Notes: a model not told the origin generated them from the letters alone. Shown: positions 42,952 through 56,652, counted from the first letter of the stretch. The stretch is 64,000 bases of DNA from Tubiluchus corallicola (GCA_030141605.1 JAQGDQ010000107.1:186001-250000), one strand, 5' to 3'. Made by a program: numbers and translations.

Positions 42952-43675
42952 CTGCAAAGCAAAAATAAACATTAGTTCCGTCTCAGTAGGTGAGCCATAA
43001 TTTGTTACAGACAGATATAAATTGCAACTTACCTGTTAATTTTACTACAAAAAATTATTATTTTACCATCTCTTCTATTCCCTTTTCTGTTCTCCTTCTC
43101 TTTCTATCTGTCTCTCTCTTTCTCTTTTTTCTCTCTCTTCGCACTTTTCAAGCTTTGACATTGCTTTCATACCGTTTATCATTTCTCTAATTAACCTATT
43201 AGACAACACAACTTAGCCAACTTTTATTCTCAGTCGCATCAGTCTGTTCGCCTGTCTGTCCGCCCGCCTTCCTGCCTACCTCTGCACGCTACTCCTCGGG
43301 GACGGCTGATACAATTCCAACCAACCAAGCAAGCAACCAAGCCAGCCTGAACACTTGTTATACAGTAAAAAACTGTGGGGCCATGCTGACAACGATCGCT
43401 TACCTGCGGCATAAAAACAACTTCTAAGATTGGTACTTTTCTGACTTCAAAATCTATCTCTATTCCTGAGGTAGTGAAGACGCAACTGGATATTGTGATA
43501 CAATGAACAATTATCTAAAAGTTGTAGGAGTCAAAATTTAGAATTTTTATCTGTCTGACTGTTTGTGTTTGTTTGCTCTTTCTCCGATATCTCTGAAACG
43601 ATTCGAACAAAGCTTACACAGCAGGTAGGATCTGACCTATAGCTGTGCGTTAAAAATGCCTAACAACGGTCATAA

Positions 43676-43900
43676 AACTTAAAATTCTAAAATTAGTACT
43701 TGTCTACTAAACTTCTAAAATTAGTACTTGTCTACTAAACTTCTAAAATTAGTACTTTTCTACTAAACTTCTAATATTAGTACTTGTCTACTAAACTTCT
43801 AAAATTAGTACTTTTCTACTAAACTTCTAAAATTAGTACTTTTCTACTAAACTTCTAAAATTAGTACTTTTCTACTAAACTTCTAAAATTAGTATTTTTC
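43676..43900. repeat. 28-bp minisatellite, about 7-8 copies
   Basis: Unit CTAAAATTAGTACTT(G/T)TCTACTAAACTT. Confidence 0.92.
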
Positions 43901-44142
43901 TGTCTGTATAATCTATCTCCTCCAAAATTGCTGAGCTAGTGTAGACGTTACTCGGTCCTGAAGTACACTGGAAATTATATAAAAACGTGAGAGTCAACGT
44001 TTGAAATTTAGTATTTTCTGACCACCATTATAAAGTCTATAGTAGAGAGTCGAATCACTATCAGGCGACCGGCTTGAGTTACGACTAAAGGTTAGCAAAT
44101 TTACCAAAATCAAAAACAACTTTTTTATGCTGAGTTACTTAC

Positions 44143-44197
44143 TTTGCAGCCAGAGAATGGACAATGTTAGACACAAAGCAACTTTCTTGTCAAACAT
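44143..44197 (-). CDS. Ly6 three-finger protein, first coding exon (signal peptide)
   Basis: MFDKKVALCLTLSILWLQ(T), donor A|gtaagt in phase 1 matches the next exon. Confidence 0.8.
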
Positions 44198-44859
44198 CTT
44201 GAAGGCTAAGCTATCGGCATCAGCAATCTACAGAACTACCACAATGAAAATGTTTATTAATTAAGTTATCTGACATACTTGTTAAGTGTTGCTATCTGAC
44301 ATCAACATGATTTGTGCAACCATCAATGATGAAAACGCGTTACAAGAACTTTGATTTATTTATGTTCATTAGCTTGAAAAGTTTGAAGTGGGATTCGTGA
44401 ATTTCTCACAGATACCAAAAAACATGCTTTAATATCAATATAATCTACTAACCGATTCTATGAATCATAATGAATAAATTAACAGACTATGTTTAGGGCA
44501 ATAATAATGGTTAAATGGAGCTTCGTAGATAATGCGAAGCCATGGTTAAGCAGTCATAGAACTCGACCTATTTAGTAAAATGATGCGCCATTCGCAGGTT
44601 ATTTCTCTCGCTAAGTCGTTGAGGGACCTAGTCTGGTTAAGTCGTAGAGACATCCACGGTGTGCATCTGATTATGCAGGCAGAGGTAGAATTACTTACCT
44701 GTATTTTTTCACTATCTCGTCTCACAGGTTTATCCTTGACAAACAGGTGTGGTCTGAATTCTGGCTCTGCAACAAGTAGCAGTCTGGATCTGCCCTATGT
44801 TGAATACCAGCTATTCCTTTAATACAGACAAATTACGAACAAATTATTTTATTACTAAC

Positions 44860-46509
44860 ATGTAATAGTGGATGGCAAAATGTATAGCAGCATTAAGAAT
44901 ATTCTTTCAGATACCTATAGTGCTGTGAATCTAAATGGTATCCTCACTGATAAATTTAAATGTGAATATGGTGTCAGGCAGGGAGACACTTTGTCACCAA
45001 CCCTGTTCAGCTGGTATATAAATGATATGGCAGATGATGTAAAGTCCCTAAATATTGGTATTCCTGTTGGTAATGATAAGATTTGTATTTTAATGTATGC
45101 TGATGACGTTGTAATTTTAGCAGAATCTGAAGAAGATCTTCAGAAAATGTTAGATAAGATCACTGAGTGGGGAAAGAAATGGAGAATCAAATTTAACAGT
45201 AAAAAGTCAAATGTTGTCCATTTCAGAAAACCCCAAGTGAATCAAACTGATGTACTATTTAAACTTAGTGATCAGATTTTGAGCACTGTAGATAGGTATA
45301 AGTATCTGGGGATTTATCTTAATGAACATTTAGATTATAAGGTTACAGCACTAGTACTGGCAGACTCAGGCAGTAGAGCACTGGATGCCTTGATTGGTAA
45401 ATATAAAAAGTTAAATGGGCTGGGTTATTATTCTTTTACTAAGTTATTCAATGCAGGTGTATGTCCTATACTTGATTATGGTTCAGAAGTATGGGGATAT
45501 AACAAGTACCCTAAAATTGATACTGTCCAGAATAAGGCATTAAGAATATTTCTTGGTGTTCATAATTTTGCTGCTAATCAATGTATACAGGGTGATATGG
45601 GATGGTCACCATCTTCAGTTAGAAGAAAGTCATCTATGATAAGGTATTGGAATCGTCTTTTAACACTTGATAATTCTAGACTTGTTAAGAGAATATTTCT
45701 TTGGGACTGTAATACCAACGTTGGTTGGTCATATGAAATTTCTAAAGTCCTAGAGGAAGCAGGGTTCCAGCAAGCTTTTGTTAATATGGATACTGTACCT
45801 CTTAGCAGAGCATGGGCACAGCTGTATGAGAAACAATGTGTTGATTGGAAAGCAAAAAATGCAGATTACCCTAAACTTAGAACATATATATTGTATAAGA
45901 ACAGCTTTGGAGTAGAACCATATGTTTATATTAATATGCAAGGAAAATACAGGTCTGTGCTTGCAAAGCTAAGAAGTGGTACTCTTCCCCTGGAACTGGA
46001 GCATGGTAGGTTTAGAAATGTTAAGGTTGGTGAACGTTTGTGTAAGATATGTTGCTGTGGAGATGTAGAAGATGAATCTCACTTTATGTTTGTTTGTACA
46101 CATTATAGACTAGAGAGAGAAGAATTTTTCCAAGATATTAACATGGACCCGGAACAATTAGATAATGTAAATAAATGGAAATATATTATGTCAGAAGAGA
46201 ATGTCCTTAGGACTGCAAAATATGCTTATAAGATTTTTAGAATGAGGCAAAGCAAGATATATATTTAATACATGACTTGTCCATTCAGGTATATGTTAAA
46301 ATTCCATATTATATATATTCTTTTATTTGATATTCTATGTAAATGAACTGCACAGTTATTATGTGATAAATTTTCATGAAATTGACTTGTAAGCCCAAGT
46401 GGGCTGGAAACAGCTTTAATAACATTTTACAGTATTAATTAACACATGAATTATTACATCGTTATTATCATATGTTTATGTCAATAAAGATATTCAATCA
46501 TTCAATCAA
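44860..46509 (+). mobile_element. 5'-truncated CR1/L2-group LINE with an uninterrupted 466-aa ORF2 C-terminal part (44868-46268)
   Basis: GVRQGDTLSPTLF, YADD, YKYLG, RLCKIC...EDESHFMFVC zinc motif; 3' UTR with AATAAA and (ATTCAATC)n tail; candidate TSD ACTAAC at 44854-44859 and 46510-46515. Confidence 0.93.
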
Positions 46510-47329
46510 ACTAACGAAAGATCTGATACGCAGCCGTCCGTGTAGAAGGGAGCGCAGCATTAATGACGACCGTACAGCCAAACATTTCGTCACTGTTTAG
46601 TTTTAAGTACTCATGGGTAGTGTTTTAACGTTGAAATTTAGATCTATAATCAATTGTTTAGTGGGTTATCTTGTTTTTTAAGTTCAATTTTTGTATCACT
46701 GCTAGGGTTGCCATCCTCCTGATTTGGCCCGGAGTCTACTGAAATTCAGCCATACATCCGCGATTCGGTTTGGTTTTTGAAAAATTCTGAAGTTTTCTGA
46801 TATCGACCATCACATTACAATTTAAGTGGGAAAAACGGAAATACATCTTGCATAGTATTGAACCGTTGCATAAGGTTACGCTAAAAACTGCGGAATTTTT
46901 GTCAAGTAAAATAGTGAACTTATTAAATCAAGTTTAAATGGTTACATGGCTTCTGTTAAATGCATGATGCAAGTATTCTTCAGGCTTAAGTTAAATTCAC
47001 TTAACATAAACCATCTATCTATTATACGTACAGCATTCATGCATACCGTGTTACAATACGTCGCGGGAAAAGCAAAAACCAATGCTGGAATACTGATCCC
47101 TGATTGGATAAAACCCTTGGCCGGCTGGTGCATACTGTACAAAATAGAACTCATTTCTGTTTTAGAACGGCTGCTGTCTTCACGGCCACTTCCATAAACT
47201 CCGCGTTTCATCTTTGATTTGAAATTAATGTAGTCTAATTTGGGCGGTCATTTTATCACGGCCGACGTCTGCCGGTTTGTCTTGTGGCGGCCGTGTATCA
47301 TTGGCTTAACACAAAATTCTTAAACAATA

Positions 47330-47624
47330 CAGCCGACGTGCACGAGCAAGGGTTGGGGGTGGGGGGTGGCTGTTTGTCTGCAGCCTCCCCCGCCCGGATT
47401 CGGGCAAACACATTTTTTTCGGGCACCGAAATTACTATAAAATAATATTTTTCATAAAAGGAAATCTCGCAATTTCTCCATGCTGCCAAATGAAGTGCCC
47501 GAAATTCGGACATTTTTTTATCATGGGGTGTGGTGAGGCAATTCCCGACGCGGAGGTGACCCTGAATTTTTCCGGCAAAAGTGGCTTACCCTCCCTCCTG
47601 AAAAAATCGGCCCGTTCGCCTATG
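47330..47624. mobile_element. MITE-like element with GC-rich ends
   Basis: GGGGG...CTGCAGCCTCCCC left end, TTCGGGCA subterminal motifs, right end CCCGTTCGCCTATG. Confidence 0.4.
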
Positions 47625-48504
47625 CCGTCATGGTGTCATCAGCACTAGAAAAATTTAAAATAGGCAAGATAAGTTATGTTGATAATTGTGAGTGAAACTT
47701 GAAAATTTGTTCCTATATCAGTGTAATTATCTCGAATAAATACGACAGAAAAAAGTACCACTTCATAGGTGCCGTTTTTTCGTTTTGCCTTCCCTGTTTT
47801 CCTCTTTCATTTATCACGGTTTTTGCATAGGTTTATTAATTTTCATTACTAGCCTTTAACAAAGTTTTTTGTTATTTTTTTTTACAGATTTCTTTTTTAT
47901 TTACTTGTGCTTCTGTCTGTTTAAACTAGTGACGTGACATTTGGTAATTATTTTCTCATAAACGTTTAATTCAGTTTTGTTTCTTTTGTATGTACCAGGT
48001 AGTACCTATATTGTTATACACAGAACTGTTATTGACTGTTATTCGATTTAGTAATATAATTAGGCCTATAAATACAATTAATAGGCCTATGTCGCAGGAA
48101 CAGTGCACTGAAAGCACTTATACCTAACTTAGACTAAATGCTGAATTTTGGCTTTGAACAAGTGTGCCGAATCGTATAAAAATTATTAATAATTCTTTTA
48201 AGAAAGTTAAAACTTCTTATATGATAATATTTGAACACACTACGTAGTTAGCTACAATAAATTATTAGCTTAATAATTAACACAGTAAATGTAACATTTG
48301 CCAGTGGCTAGCGATTACTGCAGCCACTATGCAAGAACAATTTTTAGTAAATAGCTGAACAACCAGCGACGTAGGTCGCGGGGAGCGATATAAATTCTGT
48401 ACAATGATTCTGCGCATAGTACATATTGCGAAAGCGCATGTGCACTGCTATCTGTTAGTAAGCGATGTTTCAGCAAGTTTTATTGCTTTCCTGTTAGTAT
48501 ACTT

Positions 48505-48578
48505 GGCCGGTTAGCTCAGTCGGTTAGAGCGTGGTGCTAATAACGCTAAGGTCGCGGGTTCGACCCCCGTACTGGCCA
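48505..48578 (+). tRNA. tRNA-Ile-AAT: tRNA-Ile (anticodon AAT)
   Basis: GGCCGGTTAGCTCAGTCGGTTAGAGCGTGGTGCTAATAACGCTAAGGTCGCGGGTTCGACCCCCGTACTGGCCA; all four stems pair, and a T-run terminator follows. Confidence 0.95.
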
Positions 48579-49689
48579 TATATTTTTCTTGCAAGTTTAT
48601 TTACAGCGCTACTTAATTTAGCTGTCTTAATTCATACGGGTATTCTAAAGTCCAAACTAACATTTAAAAATTGCACAATATTACTAAATAGTACCTAGAT
48701 TGGCTACAATGTGTTACTCAGTCATAATCTAGGTAAAATGATCTGCATTCGTTGGCCTAGAAAAGCAAAAACCCCTACGTGTCTCTGACTCATGTAATTT
48801 AGGGTTATTGCTGGGTAGATTAACAGAAAATGACAGTGAAAAACGAGTGAAACTTGAAGAATGGGTTATTCTTTATTTATTATTATAACCTGTAACCAGC
48901 AAGTGTTTGTCTTTGGCAGTGTGTATTGCATAGCTGTTACACAACAGATTCATAATTCCAGCGTTGTAGCTTTGTTGATGGTAAGCAGCATTATGCTGTC
49001 ATTTGCAATACATTTGTTATTATGGACAATTATCATAAATAATACTGCAAGTAGAAGTACAGCATGTAACTTGCTAAACTTGTAATTAACCGAACTGCAA
49101 TATAATTATACCCTACATAGGCGTGGCCTAAAAACTATACACAGCATAAAATTGTATAGAATAAAATATATTAGCTGCTGCTTTTCTTTGCGTTTACCTA
49201 CTTACTGAAAACGTCATTAAATGTTCGTTTTTGACAAATTGTCCATTTATCATCCGGGGTTGTACCTTTGCACTGATTTTACCACGGTTATGACCATTTA
49301 ATGGTTTATTAGTTTTATTTGTTTTTAAATTTGATTACCTGGTATGTAACACACTTGGTCCACGAGCAGTTATATAAAATGTCGTTGCCTTATAACTGTC
49401 ATCTTCCTTTCAGCTAAATTTTTATATATCTAAATTTTTGGACAGCAAATTATTAAGAGAAAATTACTAGTTTTACTCACACAGTAATAACCATTATCAT
49501 TGTTGGGCTGTAGTGCAATCAATTAATATTGCATACATTGAAACAAAATATATTACATCTTTATGACAAAAAAAATTGACAAAAACTATGTGTAATAATT
49601 TTCATTGTTATTTTTGGACACCAGCTTCTTTAAGTCAAGATCGCATTGAAAGCAAAATTAAATTTAAACAAAAATAGAACAGAGAGCTC

Positions 49690-50650
49690 TGGAATTGAGG
49701 AAGCTGGGGAACGTTTAATATTTAAACAGCTTATTATTGATACCAAAGTTACTATTGAAATCAAACTACTAATATACAAAAGATTAATAATGCCTCATTT
49801 AACTTATGGCTGCCATCTACTTGAAAACATTTCTAAACCCAAACAGGTAGACTAGATACAACTCAAAATTATGCGCTCAAACATGTACTAGGCCACTTTT
49901 CTAAGAAAATAAATTAACACCATATGTACTCAGCCACTAATAGAAAAAAATTAAGAATACCCAATATAGAATCAAACATTTATTACCATTCCTTAATATT
50001 TCTATTTAAATATATAAATGATATAATTCCAGTTTTCAAAGAAAATGGTTTATTATTTACCCCGATAAACATAAAAACGAACGCACCTATAATCTAAAAC
50101 AGTTACTTACAAAAAATATGGACACAATTCGATAAGCAAAACAAAAATCAACTTATGGAATTCAGCACTCTTAAGTAGAAAATCAAAAGACGGATTAACA
50201 ACGTTTAAAACAGAACTAAAAACAAACTGCTAACTCACAAAAGACCCTTACATAAAAGCGATAAAGTAGAATTCATCAATAATTGAGAATATCAAAAACG
50301 CATAACGCTCTAGACTCACAAATTCATCATAATATAAGTGTCTATACTATAAAAATATGCGACTCATACGGAAACTTGCATGGCAAAAAGTAGCAAAAAG
50401 TATCAAAAAATATTAAAATTTACCATATTTCATAAGTCACTATCATGTCGTCATGTAGATAAATTTGTAGTTATGTAATGTTGTATTTTAATGTTTTTAT
50501 TCTTATGATTTTTAACTTAGACTGACTGACACAACTGTACATAGTGTACATCAGTCTGTCACTGACTGGTTGTACACTGATTTTATGTATGATGTAAAAT
50601 GCTTTACTCTGTACCAGTGTATATATAAATGAAAAAGATAAATGAAATTC
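49690..50650 (+). mobile_element. Heavily decayed LINE 3' portion
   Basis: KLLIYKRLIMPHLTYGCH motif followed by stops and frameshifts; its 3' UTR (50455-50640) recurs at 54497-54670. Confidence 0.55.
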
Positions 50651-51120
50651 ATCATTCTTACTTTATATCAATTCTGATGTTTCTAATATGTTTAACATAT
50701 ACAGTTTTGAATTTTTTTTGGAACTTCAAAAACATCTTCTGTATGATAAATAATCCATCATGTAACAAATTTTATAACATTTTTATATCCTCAGATAATC
50801 GCATTAATTGGTAACCTGCAAATGACTGATAATGAAAATGTTGATTTTCTTAAAAAGTTCACTAAGTACGTAAGCTGTTCAGCTGTTAGTTTTGTGTTGA
50901 TGTTTATTTAGTAAATAAACAATTTTTTACTGTCTACGATCACAGTTTAAAGATTATCAAAACTTATGCAGCAAAGGTAAGGTTGTTAAAATTTTGGAAC
51001 AAACTTAACTGAAGGAAAGAAATATAAAAGTCCTGACTGAATTTGGATTTGAACTGGCGACCTTTTGGTCACGAGTGTAACATCTTAAATCACTACGCGC
51101 AGGCAGCAGCTTGTGATTAA

Positions 51121-51503
51121 TAGGGGTGAGCATTCTCTACCAGAAAGCGAATTCGAATCGAACCGAATTTCTGACTTTCGAATTCGAATCTAACCGAACT
51201 TCAGTGTTTCAAATTCGAACTGAAGTCGAATTGAGATTGAATGATTTTCGAACAAGTTTTCGAACCACCAGTAAAAATTAGTCTTACAAAGATCATGTGT
51301 ATCACTAGATTTTGTTCTGCAATAAAACGACTAGTAATTTGTTTAAAATTGTGCACAGAAATCACTGCTAAATTACGCTAATTGCATGTTGTTTCAATCG
51401 TTTTAGTGATCAGGAACATATGTGATTGAAGTGCTGAATTATTTGAATCTACAGTTTTGGATTCGAATCGAGTTCGAACTCGAACGTTCGATGCTCACCC
51501 CTA
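51121..51503. mobile_element. hAT-type MITE
   Basis: Perfect 13-bp TIR TAGGGGTGAGCAT / ATGCTCACCCCTA, 8-bp TSD GTGATTAA / ATGATTAA, subterminal TTCGAA repeats. Confidence 0.88.
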
Positions 51504-52499
51504 ATGATTAATTAAAACAAATGTAGCTCTGAAACCAATCGGAAAGTGAATGATACTGTAGGCCTATAGTTCATAAAGTAGCGAATATATGTGATACCGT
51601 ATCATGGATTTAAGACTTTGTGTCGAGCCAAAATGCTTGGACTTGTAAAAAGAGCCCATATTCATATCCAAGTGTATTTTTTTGGTTTTCATAAGCCTAC
51701 TTCGTAGTTAATGTGAATTTGCGCATTTATTAATGCGAAACTAACAAACTTTTAACCTTTTCATGTTTAATCCAAATGCTTTAAACACATAGTAAAGCGT
51801 ACTAGTGGTTATATAAGGCAATCAAATTTTATTTCTTGAGCTAAATGATACGTACTTTTGTAACGCGAGTACACCGAGACAAACCCTGGTAGTAATTACA
51901 ATTAATACCGAATTTATGATAACAATAATTACAAGGACATGACTATGTACAAAGAATAAGAATAAAACTTTAAGAATAAAAAGAATTTTTAGACACAAAA
52001 CAATGCCTACCTTTATAAGCAAATTGTTGCATTTCATGTTTTGGCCGTTAATTCACTAAAGTGACAAAAGCTCATCAGCATTATTGCATTTTTTGTCATA
52101 TATCATACAACAATAACCAAACCAAAACGGGAATAATGTAATTCCCTACGCGATCACACCAACACGCACCTTGCCGTTGCCACGGAAACAGCTTCATTTT
52201 CAGCAATTCGCAAAGCAAGGCAGCTTCAATATACCTGCAGCATGCGCGAAATTTTTTCGACTTCTGCCGGCAGATGGCGCACGGGAGTTGAGAAATTCGC
52301 TGGAAGGAAAGTATCGTTTGAGGAAGCACGCTGATTCTGATCATATGGTTTGGCACAATCAAGCGGAACTAAAACTATAGCTATTACCAGTTAGATCTGC
52401 TTTCGAGTATAGCATTTGATGTTGGTGGTGAAACTGTGATAAATGTGTTTTCTAAAAAGATGAAGACGGGGCTAATCAACTAAGCTAAAGGAAGAAGGC

Positions 52500-53197
52500 C
52501 AGTCGAAAGGAGCTAAAGCATACCTGATTTTGAAAGTACCTACGAAAATCTATTGTTTAAAGACAATTTTGTGTCTCTTCAACTTCTCATTGCTATCGAA
52601 GTATTCAAGATTTTGTCCAAAAACTGCCCGTCCTATCTTTATGGACTGATAGAGAGGAACGAAAGCAAAACCGCTACTTCCTCAGAAAAATGAACACTGC
52701 AGAACACCCTACATATGATGGTGTTACATATGGCAAGAAAAGTTTCTCCTATTATGGAGCCACATTGTGGAATGAATTACCAAACTGTCTCCGAATGGCC
52801 GAAAATCTTGGGGAATTTAAACGTCTAATTAAGTCATGGACTGGTGTATCATGTAAATGTGCCATTTGTAAATTCAGCGAACTTCCCAATTTTGTTAAGT
52901 CGTAATTAAATGCTGAAATGTTGGCAGGAAAATTTTTTATTGACCTGGATAGCTTTTTGTGTAAATTTTAGAAAATGTTACTGCCTAAAATTTTTATGTA
53001 GTTATAAATTTTTCTTGTACCAATACCTCTGGTGGCATCCAAAAGATTTTAAGAAGTACATATTATTACCATGTTATCGCTCATATACATTATGTTTGAT
53101 ATCGGTTTACGAGCTTTAAGCTCATGTTTTACAAATATGTACTGTTTATATCATACCGATGAAAATAAATATCATCTTATCTTATCTTATCTTATCA
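52500..53197 (+). mobile_element. 3' remnant of a CR1/L2-group LINE
   Basis: IAIEVFKI...CPSYL, TYGKKSFSYYGATLWNELPNCLR...FKRLIKSW...CKCAIC; ends AATAAA plus a (TCTTA)n tail. Confidence 0.8.
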
Positions 53198-54448
53198 TAG
53201 TTCTAGCTGCTGACATTTGTCCTTTAGTTTGTCAGCAGCTCGATTGCTTAAATGTCCATAAACTGGCATTCATTCAAAAGAACAACGACCCGACTGCATA
53301 ACATGACACTTCAGTGGTGCCATAAATGCAGATTATAATATTGGCATATGGATCATATTCTTCATATCCTTTATATATTACTGACTGGTGTAGCATGGTT
53401 TCAAACTATTATTTATTCGGCTAATTTTCTTATGAATGTTTGCTGAAATTATATCATTGTACGACATCTGCTCCTATTAGACCTGTCCTATATCACAATT
53501 CAAATTCAACTTTTTTATCTCTTTATAGTGTTACAGTAAAACATGATTAATAAAAGAATCTCTAATAAGTTTTGAAAAATGGTTAAAATGTATAGATAGA
53601 TCTAGAACTAGAGAAAGGATAGCGAAAAGACTATAAAGTCACCTAGACTGCAATCCTTTACCGAATATAGATAAAAAGATTTTTTAGACACTGGTGGGCA
53701 TTAATGTTATCAGTTTAATTTAGGAAACATTAGTAATTTTTAAAATTATGACATTTTCCATATAATCCAGAGAAAAGAATATACATGTAGTTTAATTAGC
53801 GGGCAACAAAATAAGGTCAGTCTTGATTAAACTAAAAATTGCATTTAGATTTTATGTGAAATACAGGTCAAAATTGTTATGAAATGATAAAAACACATTG
53901 GGTTAATAATGCTATTAATCAACAACAGGAGTTAAATACATTTTGATTTGAGTTCAACTTCATTATTTCTAGGCTTATTGATTAAGAACAAATCTACTAA
54001 CTTTGACAATAATACTAAATAATATAATTCTTAATATACTGATAAGACAAGCATTTAGCTATACAGTTTTTTTAGTAATTTTATAAAGGAGAGGTAAGAC
54101 TTGAGCAATCTGTGAACAACACCTAAATCTTTACTCATAAAATAATATTGCAGTGTGACTTTAATAGTTATTCTGCTGTAAAGAAGAGATGAAAGACACA
54201 ACATTATTCAATTAAATTTTATTTATTATTTTGCTTGATTTACAAAGCGACAGATTAGCTTGTATTTTTCTCTTGTAGGTGCATCTTGAATTAGCTGAAG
54301 TTTGTCAATGCAGGTAAAATTTAGCAATTACAGGAAAACCTGCGTATTGTAATCAGCAAGAACTTCTACGTTTTGATAAAGTCATGAATGAGAAAGCAGG
54401 AACATAAAAGTCATTTATTTATTTATTTGTTTATTTAAAACGCTTCAC

Positions 54449-54560
54449 TAAGTTAAAAATCATAAGAATAAAAACATTAAAATATTATATTACATATAGA
54501 CAAATTTGTAGATATGTAATGTAGTATTTTAATGCTTTTATTCTTATGATTTTTAACTTA
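54449..54560. repeat. 112-bp near-perfect palindrome
   Basis: TAAGTTAAAAATCATAAGAATAAAA...ACAAA|TTTGT...TTTTATTCTTATGATTTTTAACTTA, centre at 54504/54505. Confidence 0.88.
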
Positions 54561-54675
54561 AACTGACTGACACAATTGCACTCATCAGTCTGTCACTGTC
54601 TGGTTATACACTAATTTTATATATGATGTAATTTGTTTCACTCTGTACTAGTGTATATTTTCTACAATAAAGGTT

Positions 54676-54752
<77 letters not shown>

Positions 54753-54882
54753 GCGTGTGCGTGCGTGTGTGTGTGTGCGTGTGCGTGCGCGTGCGCGTGC
54801 GCGTCCGTCCGTCCGTGTGTGCATGTATGCGGGAGTGCGTGTGCTCGCGTGCGTGTGTGTGTATGTGTGTGTGTGTGTGTGT
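54676..54882. repeat. (AT)n-(GT)n microsatellite
   Basis: Read directly from the sequence. Confidence 0.95.
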
Positions 54883-56239
54883 TTTCAATTTACATCTGCA
54901 TGTTTACGCTCTTATCATAAGTGCAGCTAACTAACTTATGTCTTAGTTTAAATTGTTCACCCACAGTGCACAAGGTAATTAAAAATGAATTACGTATTAA
55001 AAACATGGCTTTTTCATTTTACCTGTAGCAGCATTATTAATTTTGTACGGTTTGCGAAATTTAACCATATTTAGACTTGGGTGCATTGCTTAGAAAGTGA
55101 TTGCTTAGAAAATACCGTGATAGATTCGCTAATTCTTTGATGCGCACCGTAGAGATCACTGTAAACAGTATACTCTTATTGAGAAAGAGAAAAGAAAAAG
55201 TAAGCAAGTGAGGTATCTAAGTTTTCCTAATCGATGTGGGAAGCTTTTGTTTTATGATAAGAGGTTCTTTGAATTTGTATTCCTCACCTGCCATCAAGTG
55301 CCATTCTGAGCACGCGGTTTCACTTGTATTATTACAGGGATAGTTCATATAATTACAGAAAGTGGATAGTGTAATTGTATTTAATACAGAACGATACTTG
55401 CAAATTTTTATTGATAAAATGATATGCCCAAGGAAAAACAACATGGCAATTACTGAGTTTTTGAAACAAAGACTTTTTTACAAATCGCTCTAAGCAAGCC
55501 CAATGGCGACTCTGGGCGGTCTTCCAACAGAAATTAAAGTTGTAATCTGTTTCTGACAAATAAAAACACGTGGCCGAAAAATGCGAACTAGTCAGAATTT
55601 AGCGTGGATTTGAACCGAGGTCCTTTGTATTACAAATCGAACGCTATGTCCACTAGATCATGAAGCTTCTTGTGATCATGATAGGCCTTAGTTTAATTCT
55701 ATTAGTTTAGCAACTACTAAACACGTGAACTTTAAGAGACTAATTCAATGTGTAATTGATTAAATACTAATAATTAACTTATGAGCCATTAATAATTATT
55801 TAAAATCTGCTACGTTCCTAAGGATTGCCTGGTGTAACGCTTAAGCATAAGTCTAATCTCAATCTCGACTTTTTCACATTTTCTGCCTTTCAGTCAAGTT
55901 TAATTTTTAAAATTTATTAATTTGTAAGTGATTTATAATCGAATTCAAATGACTATACCTGGATTATAAAACAAATATTTGAACTTTAACAAATTTACTC
56001 TGCAAGATTTTGTGTTAAGTTGAATGCCCACATATTTAACTACACTAACAATGGGTAACTGAGGCACGTAATCACGTATAATATAAGAGTTAAAATCAAA
56101 ATCCACCAAAGCTACATTTAGGCCTACATAATTACTACAATAAGAAATTTAATAAACAGTGGCTCTGATCATATCAAAAGCTGACTATGACACACGGCCA
56201 TTTTTTTACGTAAGAGACAAAAATATGGTGAGCATATAG

Positions 56240-56560
56240 TACAGGTATATATAATAAAGTAAACATCAAAGGTGCCGAGATTCCGACAAAAGACCCATAC
56301 GGTCAAAAAGGGAAAGGATGCTCTTTGCTGGAACAATACAAAAACAACTTACCTGCCGTACCTGTGAGTTGAAAGCGTGCCTTTATGGAATCGGCGTCAG
56401 CTATTTTTGTTATTGATAGGTGTTGCCTTTGTTCTAATCAATGCCGCCAGGACGTGATTGGTTAAGAAGGTATCTGACTCCTCCTTCTGGTCCAGGTAAG
56501 TTGGGTGTCAGTAGGTGATAAATTGCATGTTGATTCTTATCAGGTGAAAGAAACAACTGA
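56240..56560 (+). promoter_or_regulatory. Putative Wnt8 proximal regulatory region
   Basis: TATA-like TATATAA near 56248, TCF/LEF site ACATCAAAG at 56263-56271, five CAGGTR motifs, T-box-like AGGTGATAA at 56513. Confidence 0.4.
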
Positions 56561-56652
56561 TATCAAGTTGATTAATTAGCAGAAGAAGATAATATCAATT
56601 TGTTAAAAAATATTTACAGAAAAACGAAGTTAATTATCTGTGAACAATTACG

